The notes beneath the pieces are model-generated. The model saw only the letters and a program-made list of their open reading frames with translations, was not told where the DNA came from and did no database searches. Source: Candidatus Saccharimonadota bacterium (GTDB lineage Bacteria > Patescibacteriota > Saccharimonadia > Saccharimonadales > DTSZ01). Taken from it: DNA of 64,000 nt. Shown here piece by piece: positions 54,889 through 63,789 of this stretch. The number at the start of each line of letters is the position of its first letter. Position 1 is the stretch's first letter. A program made the translations under genes and the position numbers. Location of the stretch: positions 220,937-284,936 of the forward strand of contig DTSZ01000001.1 of the NCBI GenBank assembly GCA_012965045.1, written 5' to 3'.

Positions 54889-55928
54889 TTGGAACGCAAA
54901 CCAACAGCTTGCTGAACTCGGAGCAGTGTTGTATTTGCTTGTTTTTTTAGTGCAGCTTCGCTTTCTTCTAGTTTAGCTATTACAGTATCATCGCTGGTTG
55001 CAGCAAGATTACCTTGAAAGTCGGCCAAGAAGTGTTTTACTGCCTTCGCTACCGCTTGCTTAAGGTCGCCGTACCGTTCTTTACCAGTCCATTCAGTTGT
55101 TACGTCATATTGTGTTCTGTTTTCGAGTAAGGCAAGTATTTGCAGTAGGTTTGTAATACCCGGTTGTTTGTCCCAGTCGAAATTAATAACACCAATACTA
55201 TCGGTCTCGGCGGACATAATTTTTTTAGCTGCTGCCTCCGGATCGTCGCTCAGTTTTATAGTTCCATTCGGATCTTCAACAGACTTACTCATTTTAGCGG
55301 TAGGGTTTCGTAAACTTCTAATGCGTACACCGTTATCTTGGTTATGAAATGCGTGTTGTTTTTTGACTTCATTAGGTACCGTAAAAACCCCATCCGGAAA
55401 TTCGGCGCTGAACTTATTGTTGATTCTTTGGGCTATATCCCGAGTAAGTTCTAGGTGTTGAGTTTGATCGTCGCCTACAGGCACCCACTGCGCACCGTAA
55501 AGCAAAATGTCGGCTGCCATAAGTACTGGGTAGCCGAAAAGTCCAGCTGGAATATTAGTTATCTTGTCGCTTTTTTCTTTGAACTGCGTCATCCGAGATA
55601 GTTCACCAAAATATGCAAAGTTATTTAGGATCACGCATAGCTCACTATGAGCTGGTATAAAGCTTTGTCTATAAATAAATGTGTTCGGGTTAGTAATATC
55701 TAGCCCAGCAGCAACAAATACCTTTAAGTTGGCCATGGTCTGTGTGTAGAGGCTGCTGTAGTCAACCTCTGTAGTAAAGCTATGTAAGTCTGGCGCAAAC
55801 ATATTAATTTGGTGAGTATTGCCATATTTTTTTTGCAGCTCAAGCATTGGCAATATAGCACCAAGGTAATTGCCTAGGTGATATTCGGCATTAGTTCTTA
55901 AGCCGGTGAGGATTACTTCTCTGTTCAT
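54885..55928 (-). CDS. trpS: tryptophan--tRNA ligase
   Basis: GLRTNAEYHLGNYLG (HIGH-type), GDDQTQHLELTRDIA, AKMSKS. Confidence 0.95.
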   Translation of the reverse strand: MNREVILTGLRTNAEYHLGNYLGAILPMLELQKKYGNTHQINMFAPDLHSFTTEVDYSSLYTQTMANLKVFVAAGLDITNPNTFIYRQSFIPAHSELCVILNNFAYFGELSRMTQFKEKSDKITNIPAGLFGYPVLMAADILLYGAQWVPVGDDQTQHLELTRDIAQRINNKFSAEFPDGVFTVPNEVKKQHAFHNQDNGVRIRSLRNPTAKMSKSVEDPNGTIKLSDDPEAAAKKIMSAETDSIGVINFDWDKQPGITNLLQILALLENRTQYDVTTEWTGKERYGDLKQAVAKAVKHFLADFQGNLAATSDDTVIAKLEESEAALKKQANTTLLRVQQAVGLRSK

Positions 55929-55972
55929 ACTTACTTTAGTGTACCGCTTCTTGAAAGGTAAGACGAGGTTTT

Positions 55973-56851
55973 TTAAGAAGTTAACATCAAACCGACTTTT
56001 ATAGACTGGATTGGAATATAATATATAGGATCATCTTCGTCACCATCTTCGCTTTTTACAATAATACAGACTGTTCTTTTAGTAGGGTTTTTTTGATCTG
56101 CTATACACACTAGATCAGTATTATAATTTAGTGTTGCCTCAAGAGGTATATTGTAGCTTCTACGCACCATGTTTTCTAAACTAACTAATCGATTACCTTC
56201 TATAAACAGTTCCATATGCTGGTCGTCAAATAGCGCAAGCTGAGTAAATTTGAGTATATCATCCATGTTTTTGTCTGATATCTCAGGTCTATCTTGTAGA
56301 TATCGGGCTACTCTATGGAGCGTTTCTATTGGCGTTCTTCTTTCGTCATATAAAATGTCTAAATATTCTTCAGTGTCGATACCAGAATCTTCAAATTTCG
56401 AATGTAGGCTTACAAGTGTTTCTTGTTCATCCTCGAACTCAATAACACTATGAGTAACATCCCCTGTTACCGATACCATCGCTTGTATATAGTAGTGTGG
56501 CGATCGCAGAGTTTGATATGTTGGGTCTGAGATTTTATAGTGCAACTCAAGTGGGCCCTCTGAGGGCTTAAACAGCTCTACACCATTGAATATTCCTTCA
56601 TGGAATGCCGGATCAATTTCTTGAACGCTAGGCGCCGTAAGATCACCCGAGGGAACAATGCATTTACCAATGATAATTGCATTCCTGCCAATAGCACCCG
56701 GAGAGATAGCCTCAATATCTCCATCAAGCATAGAAACCAACTCTTCTCTTGCATCTAAATCAAGATGAGACGTGTCTCTTACTATCTCTTGTACGGCTGG
56801 ACTTTGCACATAATGACTAATGCGCTCAGAATCACGAAACGGTGGCAACAT
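55973..56851 (-). CDS. hypothetical acidic protein
   Basis: 292 aa. No motif recognised. Lies between the rpsI terminator and trpS. Confidence 0.55.
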   Translation of the reverse strand: MLPPFRDSERISHYVQSPAVQEIVRDTSHLDLDAREELVSMLDGDIEAISPGAIGRNAIIIGKCIVPSGDLTAPSVQEIDPAFHEGIFNGVELFKPSEGPLELHYKISDPTYQTLRSPHYYIQAMVSVTGDVTHSVIEFEDEQETLVSLHSKFEDSGIDTEEYLDILYDERRTPIETLHRVARYLQDRPEISDKNMDDILKFTQLALFDDQHMELFIEGNRLVSLENMVRRSYNIPLEATLNYNTDLVCIADQKNPTKRTVCIIVKSEDGDEDDPIYYIPIQSIKVGLMLTS

Positions 56852-56864
56852 GTACGTAGAATAA

Positions 56865-56890
56865 CAAAAAACCGCCTGTTTTTGGCGGTT
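56865..56890 (-). terminator. rho-independent terminator after rpsI
   Basis: Minus strand reads AACCGCC-AAAAACA-GGCGGUU followed by UUUUUGUUAUU. Confidence 0.7.
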
Positions 56891-56914
56891 ATGCTTGTTA
56901 ATTGATCAAATTGA

Positions 56915-57310
56915 TTAACGCTTAGAGAATTGTTCTTTCTTACGTGCACCTTTAAGACCTGGCTTCTTACGCTCTTTCTCACGAGGATCACGCTTCAGTA
57001 GACCAGCTTTTTTCAAAGTACCACGTAGGTCGTCGTTCATTTCGGCCATAGCTTTTGAAATTGCCAATGTACAGGCATCAACTTGCCCACTTATTCCACC
57101 GCCAGTTACACGCAGGCTTACGTCGTATTTACCTGACAGCTCTAAAATCTCAAAAGGACGCTGTAGTTCCCACTGTAGTCGTTCGCTCTTATCAAGATAG
57201 TCTTCGGCTGGTAAATCGTTGATTGTGATTTTTCCTTTGCCAGAAGTTACTCGAGCTCTAGCAGTTGATGATTTACGTCTACCTAATCCGTAGTGGTAAC
57301 TATTAGCCAT
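56915..57310 (-). CDS. rpsI: 30S ribosomal protein S9
   Basis: GRRKSSTARA... and C-terminal RKKEQFSKR. Confidence 0.95.
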   Translation of the reverse strand: MANSYHYGLGRRKSSTARARVTSGKGKITINDLPAEDYLDKSERLQWELQRPFEILELSGKYDVSLRVTGGGISGQVDACTLAISKAMAEMNDDLRGTLKKAGLLKRDPREKERKKPGLKGARKKEQFSKR

Positions 57311-57753
57311 TATTTAATCTCCATTTTCTGTGGTTGCTGTGCTTCGTGCGGGTGATCTGACCCTGCGTACACCTTAAGTCGTTGCATTCTACCTGGGCGT
57401 AGTTTGTTTTTAGGTAACATACCGTACACAGCGTCAGTGAACACTTGCTCTGGCGTTTCTGATAACTGAGTGCCGAGAGTTTTTTCGCTTAGGCCACCAG
57501 GGAAACCGCTGTAACTATATTTTTTAGATTGTTCAGCTTTACGGCCAGTTATGACAGCTTTGTCAGCGTTGATGATAATTACAAACTCACCGTTGTCAAC
57601 GTGGGGAGTAAAAGTAGCTTTGTGTTTGCCGTTTAGGAGCGTTGCGGCTTTGGTAGCGACGCGGCCAACAGGTGCTGTTGCTGCATCAAGAACGACCCAT
57701 TTTCGGTCTACGTCTGCTGGTTTTGCAACTGGGGTTTTAGTCATTCTACGCAT
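57310..57753 (-). CDS. rplM: 50S ribosomal protein L13
   Basis: RKWVVLDAATAPVGRVATKAATLL.GKHK..FTPH pattern. Upstream of rpsI. Confidence 0.95.
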   Translation of the reverse strand: MRRMTKTPVAKPADVDRKWVVLDAATAPVGRVATKAATLLNGKHKATFTPHVDNGEFVIIINADKAVITGRKAEQSKKYSYSGFPGGLSEKTLGTQLSETPEQVFTDAVYGMLPKNKLRPGRMQRLKVYAGSDHPHEAQQPQKMEIK

Positions 57754-58235
57754 TACTTAGATTCCTTTTCTGGCTTTTTCGCTGGGGCTTTCTTTGTTGA
57801 TTCTTTTGGGGTGTCAGCTTTTGTGGTCGTAGGTTTTTTTGCTGCTTTTTTAGCCGGTGAAACAGTTTCAACATCAAGATTGTCGACAAATGACAAAGTA
57901 GCCATAGGAGCTAGATCGCCTTTTCTAAAACCAGTTTTAGTAAGTCGTATGTGACCACTAGTTCGACCCTGTAATTTTGGTGCCATTTCGTCGATTAGCT
58001 TGTGAGCTGAATCTTTTGTCATTAATTTAGAAAAAACAATTCGCTTGTCTGCTAATGTAGCGTTCTTGGCGCGTGTTACCAATTTTTCGGTATACGGTAA
58101 AACCTCTTTAGCTTTTGGCAGGGTCGTCGTGATTTCTTCATCCATAATAAGGGATGTAGCCAAACCCTTGATTAAGTTTCGGCGCTCATCGCGTTTTCGT
58201 CCTAGTTTTCGACCTTTGTATCCGTGGCGGTGCAT
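57753..58235 (-). CDS. rplQ: 50S ribosomal protein L17 with a Lys/Pro/Thr-rich C-terminal tail
   Basis: MHRHGYKGRKLGRKRDERRNL opening. Tail of about 40 aa: AKKAAKKPTTTKADTPKESTKKAPAKKPEKESK. Confidence 0.95.
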   Translation of the reverse strand: MHRHGYKGRKLGRKRDERRNLIKGLATSLIMDEEITTTLPKAKEVLPYTEKLVTRAKNATLADKRIVFSKLMTKDSAHKLIDEMAPKLQGRTSGHIRLTKTGFRKGDLAPMATLSFVDNLDVETVSPAKKAAKKPTTTKADTPKESTKKAPAKKPEKESK

Positions 58236-58244
58236 GTGTTTCTC

Positions 58245-59186
58245 CTACAATTCCAGTTCGTCTAGTTTTTCTTGTACTTCGTCCAGTGCTTTCGCTCCGA
58301 AACCTTTGAGTTCTTTCAACTCAGCGTCACCTAGAGTAACCAAGTCTTGAACAGTGTGGATGTCGTTGTTGATCAAGGCATTTGTTGTGCGTGCTGTAAG
58401 GTTAAGGTTTTCAATTGGAGTCATAAGTTCGCTAGGTTCTTCGTCACGAGCTGGTGTTTTAGCAGGTTCTTCGTGAGTGATAGTTTCAACGGTTGTTGAA
58501 CCAGCCAGCGCTGCGTATTGCGCTTTCAAAATAGCTGCTGCTTCTTCAAATGCGTCATTAGGAGTAATTGTTCCGTCAGTATCAACAGTAATTGATAGCT
58601 TGTCGAGGTTAGTAATTCGACCAACACGGGTGTGTTCAACTTTGTAGCGTACGCGAAGTACCGGGCTGAACAATGCGTCGACTGCAATCATGTCAGACGG
58701 CTTGTCGTTTTCACCCATTTCTTCAACAGTAAGATAACCACGTCCTGATTCAACAATAAGATCCATAATTAAAGCGCTCTTTGAGTCGTCAAGAGTAGCA
58801 ATTACTTGGTCGGTGTTAACAACTTCAACGTCAGACGTTACTTTAATGTCAGCTGCTGTAACTTGGCCAGCACCTTTTTTCTCGATTCTAAGTAGCTGTG
58901 GTTCGTCATTGAAAACCTTGAAACGAAGTTTCTTAAGGTTAAGTAAAATATCAACTGCGTCTTCTTTTACGCCTTTAACAGTAGTAAATTCGTGTGTAGC
59001 ACCTTCAATTTTGAAAGCTTTTACAGCTGCGCCAGAGATGCTTGAAAGCAACACTCGTCGCATGCTGTTACCCAAAGTCATACCGTAACCGGTGTGTAGG
59101 GGTGTAATTACAAATGTAGAACTAGTCGGACTGTGAACGTCTTCCTTTGTGATTCCTGGTGTTTGTACCGCGTGATTAGTTTGCAT
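58245..59186 (-). CDS. rpoA: DNA-directed RNA polymerase subunit alpha
   Basis: GYGMTLGNSMRRVLLSS NTD. CTD with LNLTARTTNALINNDIHTVQDL HhH. Confidence 0.95.
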   Translation of the reverse strand: MQTNHAVQTPGITKEDVHSPTSSTFVITPLHTGYGMTLGNSMRRVLLSSISGAAVKAFKIEGATHEFTTVKGVKEDAVDILLNLKKLRFKVFNDEPQLLRIEKKGAGQVTAADIKVTSDVEVVNTDQVIATLDDSKSALIMDLIVESGRGYLTVEEMGENDKPSDMIAVDALFSPVLRVRYKVEHTRVGRITNLDKLSITVDTDGTITPNDAFEEAAAILKAQYAALAGSTTVETITHEEPAKTPARDEEPSELMTPIENLNLTARTTNALINNDIHTVQDLVTLGDAELKELKGFGAKALDEVQEKLDELEL

Positions 59187-59208
59187 GAGATTCTCCTTAT
59201 CTTCTGTA

Positions 59209-59826
59209 CTAACGTGAGTAGTACTCTACGATTAATTGCTCATTTATTCCTGGCTCCGCTTCCTCGCGTTTTGGAGTACCAGTTACTTTAATAGTAAACT
59301 TTTTCTCATCAGCTGCCACCCAACTCAATGGTGCTTGCTCGTTATTTTCACAGATTTCTGTCATGTGCTTGAAGTATTCAGTATTTGTAGATCGTTTTCT
59401 AACAGTTAGAACGTCACCAGCTTTTACACGAATTGAAGGAATATCGATTCGTCGACCGTTCAGTTCAAAGTGTCCGTGGTTAACCAATTGTCGTGCAGCT
59501 CGTCGGCTTGGAGCAAATTTAGCTCGATATACAACATTGTCAACTCGTCGCTCTAATAGTTCGATCAAAACAACTCCAGTTCGGCCTTTTGTTCGACCGG
59601 CTTCGGTTATAAGTCGTCGGAATTGCTTTTCAAGTAGTCCGTACATTCGTTTTACTTTTTGCTTTTCGCGCAACTGTAAACCGTAGTTACTTAGTCGTTG
59701 CTGACGACCACGACCGTGTTGGCCAGGGATTGTTGCTCGTTTTACGAGTGCTTTGTGCGCTTTCGGGTGCAAAGCAATACCTTCGCGTCGACTTTGCTTA
59801 ACGATTGGACTTCTGTCTCGTGCCAT
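59209..59826 (-). CDS. rpsD: 30S ribosomal protein S4
   Basis: Begins MARDRSPIVKQSRREG at the ATG at 59826. The track start at 59883 overlaps rpsK and is unlikely. S4 domain present. Confidence 0.95.
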   Translation of the reverse strand: MARDRSPIVKQSRREGIALHPKAHKALVKRATIPGQHGRGRQQRLSNYGLQLREKQKVKRMYGLLEKQFRRLITEAGRTKGRTGVVLIELLERRVDNVVYRAKFAPSRRAARQLVNHGHFELNGRRIDIPSIRVKAGDVLTVRKRSTNTEYFKHMTEICENNEQAPLSWVAADEKKFTIKVTGTPKREEAEPGINEQLIVEYYSR

Positions 59827-59827
59827 A

Positions 59828-60223
59828 TTAGCCTCTCCTCTGCTTTCGTGGTCGAACGCCACCGTGTGGTACACCAGTAACATCGCGTATTGAAGTAACT
59901 TGAATATCTGCAGTGTGTAGTGCGCGGATAGCTGTGTCGCGACCTAGACCTATACCTTTTACAAATACATCAGCTTTTTTCATACCAAATTGAGATGCCG
60001 CGTCTGATGTAGCTTTTTCGCTAGCAATTTGCGCAGCATAGGCAGTACCTTTTTTACTTCCGCGGAAACCACTTGCACCGGCACTCGCGGCAGTTAGGGT
60101 GTTACCGCTGCTGTCGGTTACTGTAATAATTGTGTTGTTAAACGTAGCTTGAATATGAACCTGTCCGCTAACAACTGTTCGTTTTGCTTTCTTTCGTCTG
60201 GTGGTTTTTTTAACGTCTGCCAT
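59828..60223 (-). CDS. rpsK: 30S ribosomal protein S11
   Basis: GQVHIQATFNNTIITVTD...GGVRPRKQRR. Confidence 0.95.
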   Translation of the reverse strand: MADVKKTTRRKKAKRTVVSGQVHIQATFNNTIITVTDSSGNTLTAASAGASGFRGSKKGTAYAAQIASEKATSDAASQFGMKKADVFVKGIGLGRDTAIRALHTADIQVTSIRDVTGVPHGGVRPRKQRRG

Positions 60224-60326
60224 TAAAACGCTCCTATCAGTCGCTTGGAAGCTAGAAGCTGGAAGGTGGAAGATGGTGTGTTGTAGGTTGTGTTCATTCT
60301 ATATTCTTTCTTCATTATTCTATCTT

Positions 60327-60713
60327 CTAAGTTTTGGTTGCTGCTTTAGGTTGTGCGCCAGAAACGGCCATTCGTCGTCCACGCTTTGTACGAGCGTTAG
60401 TTCGAGTTCGCTGTCCTTTAACTGGAAGGTTCTTTTTGTGTCGTTCACCACGGTAAGAACCGATATCTTTCAGTCGTTTTACGTTTGCTCGGACAACACG
60501 GTGTAGTTCACCTTCAACTGTGTAGTTTGCGGTAATTTCTTCACGTATTGAACCTAGTTCTGCTTCGGTCATATCTTTAACGCGAGTTTTGTGGTCAATG
60601 CCAAGTTTGTTTAGAATTTTTTCACTTGTTGTTCTACCAATACCATGAACATACGTTAGCGATATTACTACTCGTTTGTTTGATGGTACTTCTACTCCAG
60701 CAATTCGTGCCAT
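60327..60713 (-). CDS. rpsM: 30S ribosomal protein S13
   Basis: [26 protein letters not shown] opening. Confidence 0.95.
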   Translation of the reverse strand: MARIAGVEVPSNKRVVISLTYVHGIGRTTSEKILNKLGIDHKTRVKDMTEAELGSIREEITANYTVEGELHRVVRANVKRLKDIGSYRGERHKKNLPVKGQRTRTNARTKRGRRMAVSGAQPKAATKT

Positions 60714-60716
60714 AAG

Positions 60717-60833
60717 TTAACCCTGCCTCTGTTTGTGTCGAGGTTTACGTTTGTTAATTACATACAAGCGACCTTTACGGCGAACGATTTGATCGTCTTC
60801 ACTGCGTTTTTTTATGCTTGCCTGTACTTTCAC
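60717..60833 (-). CDS. rpmJ: 50S ribosomal protein L36 (Cys-less form), not in the supplied ORF track
   Basis: Hand translation of the minus strand gives (GTG)[37 protein letters not shown]. 38 codons, fitting exactly between infA and rpsM. Confidence 0.85.
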   Translation of the reverse strand: MKVQASIKKRSEDDQIVRRKGRLYVINKRKPRHKQRQG

Positions 60834-60835
60834 GC

Positions 60836-61057
60836 TTACCCCTTACGGTATGTTATGCGACCTTTGGTTAGGTCGTATGGTGTTAATTCTACTGTTACTG
60901 TGTCGCCAGGGACGATACGAATGTAGTGTTTTCGCATTTTGCCTGCAACATGTGCCAAAATCTCATGTCCGTTTTCAAGCTCTACTCGAAACTTAGCAGC
61001 GGGTAACGCTTCTTTGATAGTCCCTTGTAACTCGATTACTTCTTTAGTCTTTGACAT
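60836..61057 (-). CDS. infA: translation initiation factor IF-1
   Basis: [64 protein letters not shown]. Confidence 0.95.
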   Translation of the reverse strand: MSKTKEVIELQGTIKEALPAAKFRVELENGHEILAHVAGKMRKHYIRIVPGDTVTVELTPYDLTKGRITYRKG

Positions 61058-61170
61058 ACACTAGTGAGCAACTATACACACCTCTGTTTAATATGTAAAG
61101 ACTTTTGGCGTAAAATATATACGCCGTGCGACTTATATTTGCGCAAAGCTTTAACTAATAATATCAAATA

Positions 61171-61818
61171 CTAGCTAATATCTTCAAGCGATTGTTTTAT
61201 TAGGTCTACACTCTGAGCTGCTTCAGCTAAGAATTCTTTGCGAATATCAATATTATCTTGGACATCCTTTACAATAGCTGTCGTAATAGGTCTGTGCGGA
61301 TCGTAGTCGCAGTACTTAGCTGCGAAATCACCAACAGAAGCTGGGCTCTTTGATACTGTTTCAGAGCCAAAATCACCAAACTCTACCTGCTTGGCATAAA
61401 CCACCTCGTCGTTGATTGTTGACATCGTTTCGGTATCCTCGCCTGAAAAATAACCCTTTCCGAGTGGATTTTTCAGTGCAGGGATTCCTGCAAAAGCTGT
61501 TATTTGAAAGTACTCTTCATCCGCATCATTAACTAACGAAACCCGCAAATAGCCTGTTGCTTCATTGCTACTCAAAACAGGTATAAGATGTGTGGCTACC
61601 TGAGACACATTTCCGTCTTCTTGGATCTCTTCGGTTGGCAGGCGCTCAATCAATCTACTTAAATATTCAATCATTGGCGCTTCTTCGTCTGATAAAGAGG
61701 TTAGAGCGTGTTGAACTTCGGCAAACTCGTCGCTTTTGTAATAGTCTTCCAGTTCTCTATTTCTACCAACTCGCTGACCAAGTTCCTCGCATGCATTTGT
61801 GAGTTCTTTTGCATCCAT
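61171..61818 (-). CDS. hypothetical acidic protein in the slot between secY and infA
   Basis: 215 aa. No P-loop and no adk or map motifs. 25-nt gap after the secY stop. Confidence 0.55.
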   Translation of the reverse strand: MDAKELTNACEELGQRVGRNRELEDYYKSDEFAEVQHALTSLSDEEAPMIEYLSRLIERLPTEEIQEDGNVSQVATHLIPVLSSNEATGYLRVSLVNDADEEYFQITAFAGIPALKNPLGKGYFSGEDTETMSTINDEVVYAKQVEFGDFGSETVSKSPASVGDFAAKYCDYDPHRPITTAIVKDVQDNIDIRKEFLAEAAQSVDLIKQSLEDIS

Positions 61819-61843
61819 TGAAGACTCCCTTATTATATTTTAT

Positions 61844-63280
61844 TTATTCAGGTGCGTCGTAAGTTATCATTAATGCTTTGGATTCAAGCTGACGCAATGA
61901 CTCAATAGCAACTGACACGACAATCAATAGACCCGTACCACCAACTGTTAGCAATTGATTACCGGTGAAGCGTTCGGCCAAAAACGGTAAGATAGCGATA
62001 AAGCCAAGTGCAAACGAACCAAATAATGTTAATCGGTTCACAATACCCTTAAGGTATTTTTCGGTCTTTTCGCCAGGGCGAATACCAGCCACGAAGCCAC
62101 CTTGTTTTTGTAGGTTTTCGGCGATTTCTTTTGGATTAAAATATAACCCGGCTGAAATATAGCTGAACAGCACGACCAAAGAAAAATACAAGGTTGGATA
62201 AATTACATTGCTGCTGCCGTCGGTAGACGTAGATGCACCGCCAAAGTATCCACCACCAACCGCAAACCAGTTTTGCAGATTAGTACCAATATTTTGCAGC
62301 CATTCGCTGCTTGCACTTTGCAGCAATGTCCCTAAAAACGGAGGAACCGACAAGAACGCAACAGCGAAGATGATAGGGATAACACCAGCGATGATTAGCT
62401 TAATTGGAAGCACCGTGTCGACGCCGCCGTATGCTCGGTTGCCGCGGATTCGTTTAGCGTAGCTAATAGTTACAATACGCTGCGCTTCATTTAATTTAAC
62501 GACGAAATAGGTCACGACTAACGTTATGACCAAAAACAGCAGTACTATAAATATTGCCGTCAAGTTAAACGGAACCGTAAACTCAAAGCCTAAGCCGGTA
62601 CTTATGCCCGGGATATCAGTTTTAAAAATATAGTCAGCACCTGGGGCGAATGCTGGCAGTAGTATGTTTGCAATACTCGGTAGTTGCGTAACAATACCAG
62701 CAAAGATAATAAGCGAAATACCATTACCTACACCTTGTTCGCTCATAAGTTCACCAATCCACATTAGTAGCATCGAACCAGCAACTAGTGAGGTGATCAT
62801 CACAACCCAGTCAACAAAGCTGGCAGTTGCTATAATGTCCAGCCCAGATGAGCTTTGTACAACTTGTCGAATTAAGAAGATCATTCCGAAACTTTGAGCA
62901 ATAGCCAGTGGGAGTGTTAGGTAACGAGTGTACTGGTTAATTTTTGTTCTACCAGATTGGCCTTCTTTGTTGAGTTCTTGCAGCTTAGGAATAACTTTGG
63001 TCAGAATCTGCATGATGATTGAAGAGTTAATGTACGGCCCAATACCCATCAGCATGATAGAAAATCCAGCCAATGCTCCACCGCTTAAAATATCAACAAA
63101 ACCAAATAAACGCTGATTGGCAAAAGCTGATTCAATCGCAGCGCGAATTTCTGTTGCATCACCAAACGGCACCGGAATATAGGTCAGAATTCTGAAAATA
63201 ACCACTAAAAAGGCGATAACGAAGATCTTCTTCCGCATATCAGCATTTTTAAATGCTGCTCTGATAGTCTTCCAGTTCAT
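61844..63280 (-). CDS. secY: preprotein translocase subunit SecY
   Basis: 478 aa, 10-TM pattern. LGIGPYINSSIIMQIL and GGTGLLIVVSVAIE segments. Confidence 0.95.
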   Translation of the reverse strand: MNWKTIRAAFKNADMRKKIFVIAFLVVIFRILTYIPVPFGDATEIRAAIESAFANQRLFGFVDILSGGALAGFSIMLMGIGPYINSSIIMQILTKVIPKLQELNKEGQSGRTKINQYTRYLTLPLAIAQSFGMIFLIRQVVQSSSGLDIIATASFVDWVVMITSLVAGSMLLMWIGELMSEQGVGNGISLIIFAGIVTQLPSIANILLPAFAPGADYIFKTDIPGISTGLGFEFTVPFNLTAIFIVLLFLVITLVVTYFVVKLNEAQRIVTISYAKRIRGNRAYGGVDTVLPIKLIIAGVIPIIFAVAFLSVPPFLGTLLQSASSEWLQNIGTNLQNWFAVGGGYFGGASTSTDGSSNVIYPTLYFSLVVLFSYISAGLYFNPKEIAENLQKQGGFVAGIRPGEKTEKYLKGIVNRLTLFGSFALGFIAILPFLAERFTGNQLLTVGGTGLLIVVSVAIESLRQLESKALMITYDAPE

Positions 63281-63312
63281 CTAACCTCCTAGTTTTTGCC
63301 AACCCGAATAAT

Positions 63313-63789
63313 TTATTTGCTAGCGTCGTCTTTTTTCGATGTCTTTGGACGTGCCTTTTCAACAAGTTTAACACTTCCGCCAGCATCTTTTACAGCTTTT
63401 TGTGCGCCAGCTGTTACAGCGTGAACTTCAACATCTTTGGCAGACTCTAGTTTAGTCGCACCAATCAATTTGATTTTCTCGTATGCATCTTTAACTAGTC
63501 CGGCTTCTGCAAGTACTTCTGGAGTGATTTTTTTAGTTTTTAGACTGTTTAAGTCGTCGGTAGTGACTTCTTGAGCAGCAGCGCGTTTACTTTTAAAACC
63601 TTTAAGTTTCGGAAGTCGCTTAACTAAAGGTGTCTGTCCACCTTCAAAGTTTGGCTTGGTGCGGTAGCCGCTACGCGATGCTTGTCCTTTTGTTCCGCGG
63701 CCAGCAGTTTTGCCCTGTCCAGCAGAAATACCACGACCAACTCGCTTCTTTGTCTTCTTTTTCGATACGTCTAAATCTTGGAATAACAT
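63313..63789 (-). CDS. rplO: 50S ribosomal protein L15
   Basis: [22 protein letters not shown]...GFEGGQTPL pattern. Confidence 0.95.
   Translation of the reverse strand: MLFQDLDVSKKKTKKRVGRGISAGQGKTAGRGTKGQASRSGYRTKPNFEGGQTPLVKRLPKLKGFKSKRAAAQEVTTDDLNSLKTKKITPEVLAEAGLVKDAYEKIKLIGATKLESAKDVEVHAVTAGAQKAVKDAGGSVKLVEKARPKTSKKDDASK

Noticed and set aside
59827-59883. The 19-codon N-terminal extension of the rpsD track ORF.
   Set aside because: It overlaps the 3' end of rpsK. The canonical S4 N-terminus (MARDRSPIVKQSRREG) begins at the internal ATG at 59826, directly after the rpsK stop.
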